Numbered from the stretch's first letter, positions 1-10,182 are shown. The stretch: 64,000 nucleotides of DNA from a virus (IMGVR_UViG_2617271087_000004), one strand, 5' to 3'. Numbers and translations: made by a program. Notes: a model not told the origin generated them from the sequence alone.

Positions 1-26
1 TTAATTACATCGTAAGGGCGGCATAA
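1..26 (+). CDS. 3' end of an upstream tail-fibre variable cassette (partial, truncated by window start)
   Basis: Frame 3 of positions 3-26 encodes NYIVRAA-stop, the same C-terminal box that ends the three complete cassettes in this region. Confidence 0.55.
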
Positions 27-45
27 AAACGTTGGTTTGGGAGAA
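20..45 (+). other. site-specific inversion crossover site A (cix/mix/hix-like 26-bp site)
   Basis: GGCATAAAAACG-TT-GGTTTGGGAGAA; right half-site closely resembles hix/gix half-sites (GGTTTTCAAGAA); near-identical copies in inverted orientation at 1601-1626 and 2115-2140. Confidence 0.7.
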
Positions 46-534
46 GGCTCTGCATTACCTGTTGGTGTCCCTGTTCCGTGGCCTTCAGCCACTCCGCCAA
101 CAGGCTGGCTGAAATGCAACGGTGCGGCTTTTTCTGCTGAAGAATACCCGGAACTGGCAAAGGCTTACCCGACAAATAAATTGCCTGATTTACGTGGTGA
201 GTTCATTCGTGGCTGGGATGACGGGCGCGGGATTGATCCAGGTCGCTCTATTTTAAGCGAGCAAGGATATGCAACGGAGGATCATGCTCACGGATTACCG
301 TCAAAATCAACCGTAGCAACTGACAGCTCAATTAATTTCTACTTTGACGAGGCATGGGCTACTAGTGGTAATACGGGAGTTATCAGATGGGGGAACACAA
401 GCGATGCAGGATTGCCAGCCCCTAATTATGGAACTTTTAAAACATATAAACAGTCCGTAGCTAATTTAGGTACTGCTGGCTTAGAAACCCGCCCTCGTAA
501 TATTGCATTTAATTATATTGTGAGGGCGGATTAA
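37..534 (+). CDS. tail fibre C-terminal variable cassette (Sv-type), no native ATG; expressed only when joined to the constant part
   Basis: Shares conserved 5' box (GEGSALPVGVPVPWP..TPPTGWLKCNGAAFS) and 3' box (ETRPRNIAFNYIVRA) with ORFs 1151-1609 and 1620-2093; variable middle. Confidence 0.75.
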   Translation: MGEGSALPVGVPVPWPSATPPTGWLKCNGAAFSAEEYPELAKAYPTNKLPDLRGEFIRGWDDGRGIDPGRSILSEQGYATEDHAHGLPSKSTVATDSSINFYFDEAWATSGNTGVIRWGNTSDAGLPAPNYGTFKTYKQSVANLGTAGLETRPRNIAFNYIVRAD

Positions 535-539
535 TTATA

Positions 540-1151
540 TCAACTGGCTGTAGAAAGTTGTTTTTCAGGCCAGTTGAGATCTGGTGCCGTGGTTAAATCC
601 ATCGCGTTCAGCTCGTCTATATAATCTAGCACGGAGTTAAGCTGCGTGGTTTCTGCCTGCGTCAACTTCCGTCCAGCCCGTAATTTCAACTGAATCAGAC
701 TAATGGAATCCATCGCAGTATCAATCAATGACTGACGTTTTGTTTCTGCTGCCTCTACAGCTGCACTATGTTGAGCCTCAGTATCAACCACCCATTTCTC
801 TCCATCCCATTTGTCGTATGGTGTTAGCGGGGCGATAGTGGTTGTATTTTCCGGATAGTCACCCAACACCGTGATTTCTTCGGGATTCCCTGTGTCAATG
901 CTATAGACAGTTTCGCCACGATGATCTGGCACATACTCCCATGAACTTAAATCCTCTGAACGGAGAATCGCATAACCTGCTTTATGTGAGCCTGGAGCAT
1001 CCAAACAAGAATGTGCCGGAATACCAACGCCAACAGCAAGATATTCAGTTGATGCAGAAATATATTCCCGATTACCACCATCATAGTTATAAACGATAAT
1101 GTTTCCTGCCTGTATGGCTATAAGTTCGCTATTTAATATCGCATTATCCAT
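540..1151 (-). CDS. tail fibre assembly protein (Tfa / P1 U-like chaperone)
   Basis: 203 aa, immediately downstream of cassette 1151-1609 on the same strand with overlapping stop/start; composition and C-terminal DYIDELN motif typical of Tfa proteins. Confidence 0.7.
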   Translation of the reverse strand: MDNAILNSELIAIQAGNIIVYNYDGGNREYISASTEYLAVGVGIPAHSCLDAPGSHKAGYAILRSEDLSSWEYVPDHRGETVYSIDTGNPEEITVLGDYPENTTTIAPLTPYDKWDGEKWVVDTEAQHSAAVEAAETKRQSLIDTAMDSISLIQLKLRAGRKLTQAETTQLNSVLDYIDELNAMDLTTAPDLNWPEKQLSTAS

Positions 1152-1609
1152 TATGCTGCTCTCACAATATAATTGAAGGCAATGTTACGTGGGCGGGTTT
1201 CATTCCCCCCAGATAACTCCGTTCTGTATTGACTGGTAAATTTACCATTAATCGCTCCTTCTTGGACGGCGTTATCTGTCGACAACAGGCTATCCCCCCC
1301 TCTGTCATTTGGCACCAATACCGTGTTATCCCACGCGTCCCATGACCGAATATTATGATAATGACTTCCTGTTAACCACCCCTGTATGCTTAAGATGACC
1401 CTTCCCGCATCCACACCTCGCCCATCATCCCAACCACGGATAAACTCACCGCGTAAATCAGGTAATTTTAACGTTGGGTAAACCTTTGCCAGATTTGGGT
1501 ACTTTTCAGAAGAAAATGCTGCGCCATTGCATTTCAGCCACCCCGTTGGAGGTGTGGCTGATGGCCACGGAACGGGCACGCCAACGGGCAGTGCAGAGCC
1601 TTCCCCCAA
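1151..1609 (-). CDS. tail fibre C-terminal variable cassette (alternative)
   Basis: Same conserved N- and C-terminal boxes as 37-534; divergent central region. Confidence 0.75.
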   Translation of the reverse strand: MGEGSALPVGVPVPWPSATPPTGWLKCNGAAFSSEKYPNLAKVYPTLKLPDLRGEFIRGWDDGRGVDAGRVILSIQGWLTGSHYHNIRSWDAWDNTVLVPNDRGGDSLLSTDNAVQEGAINGKFTSQYRTELSGGNETRPRNIAFNYIVRAA

Positions 1610-1626
1610 ACCAACGTTTTTATGCC
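1601..1626 (-). other. inversion crossover site B
   Basis: TTCCCCCAAACC-AA-CGTTTTTATGCC, reverse complement of site A with 1-2 mismatches; positions 1609-1645 are an exact reverse complement of window positions 1-36. Confidence 0.7.
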
Positions 1627-2093
1627 GCCCTTACGATGTAATTAAATGCAACGTTGCGAGGGCGAGTTTCTGTACCTACATTTCCACTAATTTCACCATA
1701 ACGTTTAACACTACGAGAGCTAATAGCTCGTAGTGAGGAAGGCACCTTATGACCGGGTTCGTCCGTTTTAACTATTCCCCCGTCACCGTATGTAGCTAGT
1801 ATTCCTGGATTTACGCCTTCCCGTGCACTTCCTGCGGCGAGTCCGTCCCCTGTCCATAATTCCATATAGTGTGCATGGTCCAAAATTGTGTGTGGCTGCC
1901 AATTAAGCAAAGCGCGGCCAGCATCCACCCCGCGCCCATCATCCCAACCGCGAATAAATTCTCCCCGTAAATCCGGTAATTTATTGGTGGGGTAGGCTTT
2001 TGCCAGTTTGGGATACATTTCAGAAGAAAATGCTGCTCCGTTACATTTCAGCCACCCCGTTGGCGGTGTTTCTAAGGGCCACGGAACGGGCAC
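1620..2093 (-). CDS. tail fibre C-terminal variable cassette (alternative)
   Basis: Conserved boxes PVPWP..TPPTGWLKCNGAAFS and ETRPRNVAFNYIVRAA; different central segment. Confidence 0.75.
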   Translation of the reverse strand: MPVPWPLETPPTGWLKCNGAAFSSEMYPKLAKAYPTNKLPDLRGEFIRGWDDGRGVDAGRALLNWQPHTILDHAHYMELWTGDGLAAGSAREGVNPGILATYGDGGIVKTDEPGHKVPSSLRAISSRSVKRYGEISGNVGTETRPRNVAFNYIVRAA

Positions 2094-2114
2094 GCCAACG
2101 GGCAGCGCCGAGCC

Positions 2115-2140
2115 TTCCCCTAAACCAACGTTTTAGTCTT
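2115..2140 (-). other. inversion crossover site C (adjacent to invertase gene)
   Basis: TTCCCCTAAACC-AA-CGTTTTAGTCTT; third copy of the crossover motif, inverted relative to site A. Confidence 0.65.
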
Positions 2141-2194
2141 AATCCCTACCTATACCAACGATGTATTTTTAACTAAACAAAGAGGTTGTTTTTC

Positions 2195-2767
2195 ATGCAA
2201 ATTGGCTACATTCGTGTGTCAACAAATGACCAAAACACAGATTTACAAAGAAATGCACTGAACTGCGCAGGATGTGAACTGATTTTTGAAGATAAAATAA
2301 GCGGAACAAAGTCAGCCAGACCAGGCTTGAAAAAGCTGCTCAGAACGTTATCAGAAGGAGATACGCTGGTTGTCTGGAAGCTGGATAGGCTTGGCAGAAG
2401 TATGAAACACCTTATCACGCTTATAGAGGAGTTGCGGGAAAAAGGTGTTAATTTCCGTAGTCTGACAGACAGTATTGACACATCAACACCCATGGGGCGT
2501 TTCTTTTTTCACGTCATGGGGGCTTTAGCAGAAATGGAACGTGAATTAATTGTTGAGAGAACACTGGCCGGACTGGCAGCTGCACGCGAACAGGGACGCA
2601 TTGGCGGACGTCGCCCGAAGTTGACAAAAGAACAACATGAGCAAATAGCGAGGTTGATCGAAAATGGCTACAGCAGGAAACAGTTGGCAATTATTTACGA
2701 TATCGGTGTATCGACGATTTATCGTTATCATCCTGTAGAGAAGCGCCAAACTCAATCTGAGCTGTAA
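2195..2767 (+). CDS. cin: serine DNA invertase, Cin/Min/Pin/Gin/Hin family
   Basis: MQIGYIRVSTNDQNTDLQ...VVWKLDRLGRSMKHL...GRFFFHVMGALAEMERELI..C-terminal HTH; catalytic Ser in YIRVST; RBS AGAGG 9 nt upstream of the ATG at 2195 (ORF track starts at TTG 2186). Confidence 0.9.
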   Translation: MQIGYIRVSTNDQNTDLQRNALNCAGCELIFEDKISGTKSARPGLKKLLRTLSEGDTLVVWKLDRLGRSMKHLITLIEELREKGVNFRSLTDSIDTSTPMGRFFFHVMGALAEMERELIVERTLAGLAAAREQGRIGGRRPKLTKEQHEQIARLIENGYSRKQLAIIYDIGVSTIYRYHPVEKRQTQSEL

Positions 2768-3202
2768 TTCTAATGCCGCGTCGGTGTAATTTATCTTGAT
2801 AGAATAGGTACATTTATCGCGCGGCACATCAATTCGATGTATCTAGCGCCTGCTGACCGCTAATGAAAACTGTCCTCGAAATGTTGTCCCTAGCCCGAGA
2901 CTAGGGTATCACCTCTGGAAAGCATACGCAGAACCTTTTTTAACCCAGGGTGCCCAGCCTTTTTGCTGCTCGCCTTATTCGCAAAAATTAGCTCACATCC
3001 TGCGCTTTCAAGTGCTTTTCACTGCATAGCTGTGTTTTGTTCATTTGTCTATATGCGTACATAGCCTATTAGCATATTTTCTGCCCACTATCGTTATTTA
3101 TTGCAAGCTAAAGGTTTTAATTAACAAAACCAGTGTGTGTGGAAATCACAAAGTGCATACCGTTCTCAGATGTTGTTCAACTTACTGTTGTATAGGTAAA
3201 AA

Positions 3203-3466
3203 ATGACATTTTATGTACATATCGTGATGTTATCCCTTCTTGGTGGGGTGTATTCGTATTTGAGTGGGCTATGTGAAAACCGTTACGAGTCTTCATGCAA
3301 GAAATTGCTGGCCGAATGTATTTCCGCCGTACTTGCTGGCTTTATTGGCATGTATCTCGCGGAATATAAGGATATGAATGAAAGCCTTCAGAGCTGCATG
3401 GTTCTTATTTTCAGCGCCAATAGCAGGCTTATTATTGAAGGTTCCAAAAGTCGGTTGAATAGGTAA
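3203..3466 (+). CDS. small membrane protein, possibly lysis-associated (LydC-like)
   Basis: 87 aa, two hydrophobic segments, position upstream of holin-like gene. Confidence 0.4.
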   Translation: MTFYVHIVMLSLLGGVYSYLSGLCENRYESSCKKLLAECISAVLAGFIGMYLAEYKDMNESLQSCMVLIFSANSRLIIEGSKSRLNR

Positions 3467-3540
3467 GTCTCTTATGCAACATAACCGGTTGAGAAGTTAC
3501 TTTGCATACCATTACCTCCTGACAACGTAGGAGGGAACTT

Positions 3541-3870
3541 GTGCTTGACACACAGGAATTAGCTCCAGTTGCTATTGCGCTCCTGCTTTCAGTAATTGGT
3601 GGGATAGGCACGTTCCTGATGGATGTCCGAGACGGTCGCCAGTCTGGCAATTTGTTGGGATTGGTTACGGAGATCTTTGTTGCAGTGACAGCTGGCGCGG
3701 TGGCGTACCTATTGGGGCAACACGAGGGCTGGGAGTTATCCATTACGTACTTAATGGTAACGATAGCCAGCAATAACGGTCATGAGGTGATTTCAGGGAT
3801 GAAACGAGTGAATATCGATAGCATTCTGAATGTTCTTACAAGTTTGGTGAAAAAGGGAGGCGGGAAATGA
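3541..3870 (+). CDS. lydA: holin-like protein (P1 LydA-like)
   Basis: 109 aa with two transmembrane segments and charged C-terminus; GTG start with RBS AGGAGGGAA; order lydA-lydB-hdf-darA as remembered for P1. Confidence 0.6.
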   Translation: MLDTQELAPVAIALLLSVIGGIGTFLMDVRDGRQSGNLLGLVTEIFVAVTAGAVAYLLGQHEGWELSITYLMVTIASNNGHEVISGMKRVNIDSILNVLTSLVKKGGGK

Positions 3871-4310
3871 TTGGCTGGGGTGTATGCGTTCTTGCGTTAG
3901 CCTTAGCCGATCGCTATTTGCTAAAACGCAAGGACATCACGCATTTAGAACTTGGTGATGTGGAAATTAAACCGGGTTTCATCCGGGTGCCGTTCAAATA
4001 CCGGTCTAAATTCCCGTTTTTGCGCGGCGCAACGGTCAGATATTGGATCCGCGATGTTCAGAAGCCGACGACAGTGATTGAAGGCGAACAACGTTGTTTG
4101 ACGTCGGCTGAACAGGGCGAAAACAGTGAATGGTTGTACATACCCACTGAATATATGGGTAAAGGAGAGCGACTGTGGCATTTCAACGTCATGGTTACGC
4201 ATGGCGACTCGTTCATTAACCCGTTGTATCGGATTTTCCCTGTTACTCAGCAAATCCGCAGAAGTTACGTAATAAATCTCGCACAGGATGTGTCAGATGA
4301 CGAAAAATAA
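3867..4310 (+). CDS. lydB: LydB-like holin antagonist
   Basis: 147 aa, start overlaps the holin stop; position in dar/lyd operon. Confidence 0.5.
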   Translation: MIGWGVCVLALALADRYLLKRKDITHLELGDVEIKPGFIRVPFKYRSKFPFLRGATVRYWIRDVQKPTTVIEGEQRCLTSAEQGENSEWLYIPTEYMGKGERLWHFNVMVTHGDSFINPLYRIFPVTQQIRRSYVINLAQDVSDDEK

Positions 4311-4899
4311 GTATGCAACGGTCGATTTTGACCAGGTTAATGAAAAGGGGCTGAAATCCCTTATCGCGGCGATCAATAAAACCGGTGTTACGGTAATTGA
4401 GGTTGACTCCAGCAACCGCGCAACAACGAAAGATGGCGTTAAAGTTAAAACCGCAAAGCTGGTTCTTAACGACGGACAAATTCTTGCCATACAGGTAAAC
4501 GATACTGGCGATATATCGTCTGTGAGGCTGAATGGAAAAGCTATTCCTAACGCTCAATCGCCGGATATCAAGACGCTTGGTACCGTCATGGGGCAAGCGG
4601 CCCGCAAAAACTCCGCAAAATTCCAGAAATCACTGATCGCCAAAGCGAAACGTGTTGCCAATCCGGTAGACAAGAAACCGGCAGTAAAATCCAACTTTCA
4701 GCGCCTGCAAGAGGCAAAACAGCGGAATGCTCAGGTGGTTGCCGCTTATAAATCAGCGCAGAACTCGGTGTCTTTCAATCAACAGCAGATCACTGATTTG
4801 CGGGCGAAGCTGGATAAGGAGACAGGCCGACTCAATAACGAAAAGGCCCGAAATGGCGAACTCAAACGCCGTCTTAAGCAACTGAAAGCAGGAAATTAA
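4288..4899 (+). CDS. hdf: Hdf-like protein (homolog of DarA fragment)
   Basis: 203 aa; segment AARKNSAKFQKS resembles EKNSAKFQRA in the downstream DarA-like protein; lies immediately upstream of darA. Confidence 0.55.
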   Translation: MCQMTKNKYATVDFDQVNEKGLKSLIAAINKTGVTVIEVDSSNRATTKDGVKVKTAKLVLNDGQILAIQVNDTGDISSVRLNGKAIPNAQSPDIKTLGTVMGQAARKNSAKFQKSLIAKAKRVANPVDKKPAVKSNFQRLQEAKQRNAQVVAAYKSAQNSVSFNQQQITDLRAKLDKETGRLNNEKARNGELKRRLKQLKAGN

Positions 4900-4900
4900 C

Positions 4901-6820
4901 ATGGAACAGTTCAATATCAATAAAGGGGTGACGATCAAGCCTGGGCTTGACGTGCTTCCCCCGCCAGTGACTGATGATGAATATCGCGCATTAATGGCCG
5001 GTGAGGACCGCTATCTGATGACGGAATCCAACACCCTGGAGGAAATCGAGGCTACGTTCTTCTATGACACGCCGATCCACTGGTGTGCTACGGATTTACT
5101 GGAGGCGATTAGTTCTACTCGTTTGCAGTTACACCGGACCATGCAGGCATTTGTCCGGGCATTGAACCAGAAGCTGAATGGTACCGGAATCTCTGCGGGG
5201 AGTGATAAAACGGGGGATGTGGCCCAGAGCGGCGCGCGCGCGATCGGCGGCGCTGAAATTGGCCGGGCACGTAACGTTAACGGGCTGCCGGTCTTGCCAG
5301 CCATTATTCCGCTCAGTGATGGTCAGACTATCAGCATTCTGTTTCATAGCCCGACAGCGGAAAACCGGATCACCAATAGCGATACGCTGGTTGCTTTCCA
5401 GTTCTTACTGAATAAAAAAGACGTTACTCACACCGTTGCTCCGATGAGTGGACGTGATATGACGCTGGCGCAGGTCACCATGAAACTTGCCAACCTTGCA
5501 GAGAAAAACTCGGCAAAATTCCAGCGTGCGCAGAAGAAGAAAAAAGCCCTTGTTGATGAAATAACCCAACTACAGGCTGACAGTGACCAGAAAGAGGATG
5601 CCATGAGCGACCTCGCGGATCAGGTGGCAGCGGTAGAAGGGCAGAAGGCAGATCTGGAGCAGAAAATTAACGCTGTTGCATCGGAAGCGGATTCTCTTTA
5701 TGAAGAGAATGAGCGTTTGCAGACGGAGATTGATCAGCTCAATCGCACTGGTGGGCGCGATACCATTGCTCCAGCGGGGATGACTGGTGGGCACTCTCGC
5801 GCGCTGACGGATCGCCTTGCCAGTATCAAAAATCGTATGCATATGGACGGGGAAGTGACGCTCAGTAATGGTGCATCAATGAAGCAATTCATTGAGGACG
5901 GCGAAGGGTATATCCAGTTAACCGATTCGGATGGCAGCGTGTACATGATCAAGGCTAAATCCATACAGGGTGTGGACATGGCAGATGCGATCGGCAAGCT
6001 GTTTAAAGCCTACAAAGCGGGTAATGTATCGGAATATCTGGTCCAACCAGAAGAACATAAACCGGAAAACGTCGAACCTGAACCAGCGGAGGATACCGGT
6101 AGCTCTTCGCCTGAACCAGAAGTCTCTGTAGGTGCATATCGATATGCCTTGCAAATGCGTCCGGCGGCCCCTGGCGCAATACCTGAAGGTAACAAAGCAA
6201 TTCTGCCGCGCCCTGATGAAGGTGACCCGTATTATGAATATGCACGCTACGGCATTGCTACTTACGATACCCCGCTTTCTGATCAGCAAATGAGTGAGTA
6301 CGACCTGAAGTTATTGCCTCGCGAGGATTCTTTCGACTTCCTGGCGAAGACACTTACTAATGGTCCGTTTGGCAAATATGCACAAAAAGCTCTGGATCTG
6401 GCCACCAGCTCACCAGACGAGTTCCGCGTAATGCTGAAAACTCAGTTTCAAAAAACTTTCCCCAATATTGCGTTTCCGGGGGGCGCTGGCACCGAGAAAA
6501 TGGTGCAGAGCATGATCAATGCATTGCAGGCCGAAGTCGGTGAGATTACTCAGCCAGAACCTGCCCCGGCACAGCCTGATGAAACGGTTAGCGAAGCAGA
6601 TGCAGAGGCTAATAAAGCCATTGAATATCTCAATAACGTGATGGATATGCAAAGCACTGACATGGCGGAGATCCGTAACGCCCGGGGTAATGTCCGGGAA
6701 GCGATTGCAGCCCTTCAGGCTGCCGGGCGTTTTGAGGAAAACGAAGAGCTGGTTAATGGCGCTGCTCGCCACCTGGCTGATCTGCTGGTAGCAATCCAGA
6801 AAGCGGGGGTAGCGGTATGA
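4901..6820 (+). CDS. darA: DarA-like capsid-internal antirestriction protein
   Basis: 639 aa (the length I recall for P1 DarA), coiled-coil central region, operon context. Confidence 0.6.
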   Translation: MEQFNINKGVTIKPGLDVLPPPVTDDEYRALMAGEDRYLMTESNTLEEIEATFFYDTPIHWCATDLLEAISSTRLQLHRTMQAFVRALNQKLNGTGISAGSDKTGDVAQSGARAIGGAEIGRARNVNGLPVLPAIIPLSDGQTISILFHSPTAENRITNSDTLVAFQFLLNKKDVTHTVAPMSGRDMTLAQVTMKLANLAEKNSAKFQRAQKKKKALVDEITQLQADSDQKEDAMSDLADQVAAVEGQKADLEQKINAVASEADSLYEENERLQTEIDQLNRTGGRDTIAPAGMTGGHSRALTDRLASIKNRMHMDGEVTLSNGASMKQFIEDGEGYIQLTDSDGSVYMIKAKSIQGVDMADAIGKLFKAYKAGNVSEYLVQPEEHKPENVEPEPAEDTGSSSPEPEVSVGAYRYALQMRPAAPGAIPEGNKAILPRPDEGDPYYEYARYGIATYDTPLSDQQMSEYDLKLLPREDSFDFLAKTLTNGPFGKYAQKALDLATSSPDEFRVMLKTQFQKTFPNIAFPGGAGTEKMVQSMINALQAEVGEITQPEPAPAQPDETVSEADAEANKAIEYLNNVMDMQSTDMAEIRNARGNVREAIAALQAAGRFEENEELVNGAARHLADLLVAIQKAGVAV

Positions 6821-7182
6821 CACTATCAGCTATTGAGTTAATGGATCTCAGCGATAAGTTGGATGCTCTGATGTCCAAAGCGGCTACCGCGAGTGGCATG
6901 GAGTTGCTGGATATCAGCGATGAAATTGACCAGATCATGCAACAGATGGGGTACGGTGTGTCCGGCGGCAGTAGTGGCGAGGAAAAACAACCTTCGGTAC
7001 ATGATGGTGTGCCAAAACTGGTTGCTGATTTCCTGGCTGATAAATTCGTCGATCAGAGCACCGATGCATTTATCGGTACCTTGCAGGATTTGAGTCAATA
7101 TGTTGGCACATACATCGACCTGGACCAGGTTAAACAGCACACGGCGGCATGGATAGCCGCCAACATTAAAGAGGCAGCATAA
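6817..7182 (+). CDS. ddrA: DdrA-like protein
   Basis: 121 aa acidic protein downstream of darA; assigned by position. Confidence 0.45.
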   Translation: MTLSAIELMDLSDKLDALMSKAATASGMELLDISDEIDQIMQQMGYGVSGGSSGEEKQPSVHDGVPKLVADFLADKFVDQSTDAFIGTLQDLSQYVGTYIDLDQVKQHTAAWIAANIKEAA

Positions 7183-7194
7183 GGCGTAACAGGG

Positions 7195-10182
7195 ATGAGC
7201 TTAAGCGATCAGGTGGTAATGGCCACCAGCATAGAAACGCTGATCGAGCTGCTAAAGAACCTGCCCGATTATGGGCGGGTTTCGTATGTGGTGACAGCGA
7301 AGGGAGACGAGGTAAAAACAGCGTTTGATATCGTCGATGCCTCAGCTCTTTTGGTATCCAATACTCTGGATGGGAAAATTAATCCTGACTATCCCCAGGA
7401 ACTTCAGCCGCGCGACCGGACCCGCGCATCCAGCCTTCTTCAGGTTAACCAGATATCCAAAGATTTGCGGCCAGCTCAGCTTACTGATTCCGGTTTATCC
7501 AGCCATGGCGCGCCGATAATTGGTGAGGACAATGCCGTTGAGTCAGGTAATGGACGGACCATGGGGATCATCAAAGCCTATCAGGACGGTAATGCGGATC
7601 GGTATCGGGAGTACCTGATTGAACATGCGACCGAATTCGGCATACGGCCTGAAAAGGTTGAATCAATGACGGCTCCGGTACTGGTGCGCCGCCGGTTAAC
7701 GAAGGTTGACCGTGTTCAGTTTGCCAAGGACTCAAATATTTCTGATCTCCAGGAAATGGCAGCCAGTGAAAAGGCTTTTGTTGATGCCGACAGCATAACA
7801 CCGGCGATGATGGCGTTGTTTAACCCGTCAGAAAGCGGAGATCTGCTTAGCCGCAGTAATGACGCGTTTATTCGCGGATTCATGACGCAAGTTGGTGCCA
7901 CACAGGCGGCTGGCCTTGTAACTGAAGATGGGCGACCAACACGGCAACTTGTTGACCGTATACAAAACGCGATCTTTGCCAAGGCATATAAGGATGCGCG
8001 CCTGGTAAGGATGGTTGCAGAAGAACCTGATCCGGATATGCGTAATGTTCTGACGGCGCTTAATGCGGCAGCCAATGATTTTGTCCAGATGCAGGCTTTA
8101 TCAGGAGAAGCGCACAAGCAGGCTGTGACAACTATTGTTGATGGCATTGAGACAGCGGATAGCCTCGATAAAAAGGCGCTGGCGGCATTGAAAGATGCGG
8201 TAGACCTGGTAAGGCAATCGAAGGAGTCAGGCCAGCATATTACCGATGTTATTGCTCAGGGGGATATGTTCAGCGAAACGGCCCCGGAAGTGAAAGCACT
8301 CGCGTTGTTCATCGTCGCGAATAACCGTAGCGCGAAGCGTATGGCCACCGCCTTTAAGTTGATGGCGCAACGTATCAATGATGAGTTACAGCACCAGGGC
8401 CAGGCGCTCGGGGATATGTTTGGCGGCGGCGATGTGTCGTTACAGGATATCCTTCGCCAGGTGTCTCAGGAACTGGAATACGAAGGCATGCAAGGGATAT
8501 CCGGCGGTCTTTTCGAGTCCGTTTCCGGCGGTAGTTACAACGGTGTTGCTCCGTATACCAGTTTGCTATTACATCGGGCATCCGGCATCAAAGACATTAT
8601 TCATCTGATCAGGCTGCTTTCCCGCACAGATCCCCAGGATGAACAGCTTGTACAAGTGCTTGCGCATTTTGTTCGAATGCCTGTTGCCGACGTGAAAAAA
8701 TGGTGCCGATTATTCGGTATCAGCAATTCGTTACTTCGCGGCTTGTTAAATCACGCATCCTCCCTTGGGCGCGATGGCTTTGACGAGATAGCGCAGGCGA
8801 TAAAAAACGGAGATATGCCACCAGCTATTGACTGGTTTTCCATTCGCCCAACCAGGGTGAAAGCATTCCTTAGCGCGGCGCATTCGGCATCACCATTGGC
8901 AGAAATGGTTCAGAGGTTGTCGCTCATATTCACAGACCATACCGCGTTGGGTGATCTGACTCTGGACGAGATGAAAGAAGCCTCCATTCAGTGGGCCGAT
9001 CAACAAAATGAGGTTAACTCAGACTTCTTGCCAGCATTCAGGAAGGCCGTTAGTAAAGCGGATGATGCCCGTGGAATTCTGAAGGCATTTAAGGCATTGC
9101 AAAGTCGTGTTAATAAACATGTCGGTGATATCGATGGGGTAACGGCGGAAGGCCGGGATATCCTTAAAGAGCACGGCATAACGCCAGAGTTTATTGATGA
9201 GATCAGGACTGATATGCAGCGTGAGGTCGTATCGTCCCTGCAAATCGTAGCCAGAGCGTTGGCAGATGCTAATCCGAAGAGTGCGGCCATTGTTAACCGG
9301 GTTATTGGTGATATTGAAGCATCGGAGGGCATGGGGGCGCTGAAACTCTTCCTTTCGCGAGCGTTTAATCCTAACGGCAATATTCTCCCTGGCATTATTG
9401 GTGAGGCTAAAAAGTATGTCAGTGAAGAAGAACTTGAGCAGCTTGACCAACTACTTAAGCGATTCTCATATAACCCGCAGACACGCTGGCAAATGAATCA
9501 GCGAAGTATGGGTTCGGTCCACGAGAAAGTGTTATCTGCCATGAACAGTGCGATCGCAAACTCATCCGTATCTGAAGAAAAAGCTCTTGAGTGGGCCGAC
9601 TCTTTTATCACAGAAGAAGTGGAAGAAGCCCGCGCTGGACAGAATGGTGGGATAGACCTGCGCAAGGAACTTGCTGATATTTATCGCCTGACTGGCGGGA
9701 AAATATCGACCTTATCAAAGGTAGTTCACCACCAGGGAAGGGCATATGCAAATCTAAATGGTGTTGTTGCTGTCAATTTGAACGATGAAAATGCAAGTGC
9801 ACTGTGGCACGAGCTGGGTCATCATCTTGAGTACAGTAACCCTGGTTTGTTAGAGAAAGCCCGGTCATTCCTGAAGGCCAATGTTGAAGGGGATAAGCCA
9901 TCTTTCGTCAATATCGGTGGGCGTGGCAAGCCTGAATGGTGCTTCAGATCTCGATTGAGTAATATTTATATGGCGAAGGTATACCCGCCAGCCTCAGTAA
10001 GTAACACCGGGAAAATTCGGCAGAAATCACCGACTATTTCCAAAACGTCAGCAACGGAAGTATTCTCTATGGCTCTTCAGTTGTATCATGACAAAGAGGC
10101 CGCTGCCGCATCACTGATGAATGGTGACGGATTGCTGGAACTGTTATTAGGTGTGGCAAAGGAGCTAAATAATGCAGATTAA
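7195..10182 (+). CDS. ddrB: DdrB-like large internal head protein
   Basis: 995 aa ORF downstream of darA/ddrA; assigned by position and size. Confidence 0.5.
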   Translation: MSLSDQVVMATSIETLIELLKNLPDYGRVSYVVTAKGDEVKTAFDIVDASALLVSNTLDGKINPDYPQELQPRDRTRASSLLQVNQISKDLRPAQLTDSGLSSHGAPIIGEDNAVESGNGRTMGIIKAYQDGNADRYREYLIEHATEFGIRPEKVESMTAPVLVRRRLTKVDRVQFAKDSNISDLQEMAASEKAFVDADSITPAMMALFNPSESGDLLSRSNDAFIRGFMTQVGATQAAGLVTEDGRPTRQLVDRIQNAIFAKAYKDARLVRMVAEEPDPDMRNVLTALNAAANDFVQMQALSGEAHKQAVTTIVDGIETADSLDKKALAALKDAVDLVRQSKESGQHITDVIAQGDMFSETAPEVKALALFIVANNRSAKRMATAFKLMAQRINDELQHQGQALGDMFGGGDVSLQDILRQVSQELEYEGMQGISGGLFESVSGGSYNGVAPYTSLLLHRASGIKDIIHLIRLLSRTDPQDEQLVQVLAHFVRMPVADVKKWCRLFGISNSLLRGLLNHASSLGRDGFDEIAQAIKNGDMPPAIDWFSIRPTRVKAFLSAAHSASPLAEMVQRLSLIFTDHTALGDLTLDEMKEASIQWADQQNEVNSDFLPAFRKAVSKADDARGILKAFKALQSRVNKHVGDIDGVTAEGRDILKEHGITPEFIDEIRTDMQREVVSSLQIVARALADANPKSAAIVNRVIGDIEASEGMGALKLFLSRAFNPNGNILPGIIGEAKKYVSEEELEQLDQLLKRFSYNPQTRWQMNQRSMGSVHEKVLSAMNSAIANSSVSEEKALEWADSFITEEVEEARAGQNGGIDLRKELADIYRLTGGKISTLSKVVHHQGRAYANLNGVVAVNLNDENASALWHELGHHLEYSNPGLLEKARSFLKANVEGDKPSFVNIGGRGKPEWCFRSRLSNIYMAKVYPPASVSNTGKIRQKSPTISKTSATEVFSMALQLYHDKEAAAASLMNGDGLLELLLGVAKELNNAD

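Noticed and set aside
1527-1733. ORF 1527-1733 (+) spanning crossover site B
   Set aside because: It is antisense to two tail-fibre cassettes and crosses the recombination site; spurious.
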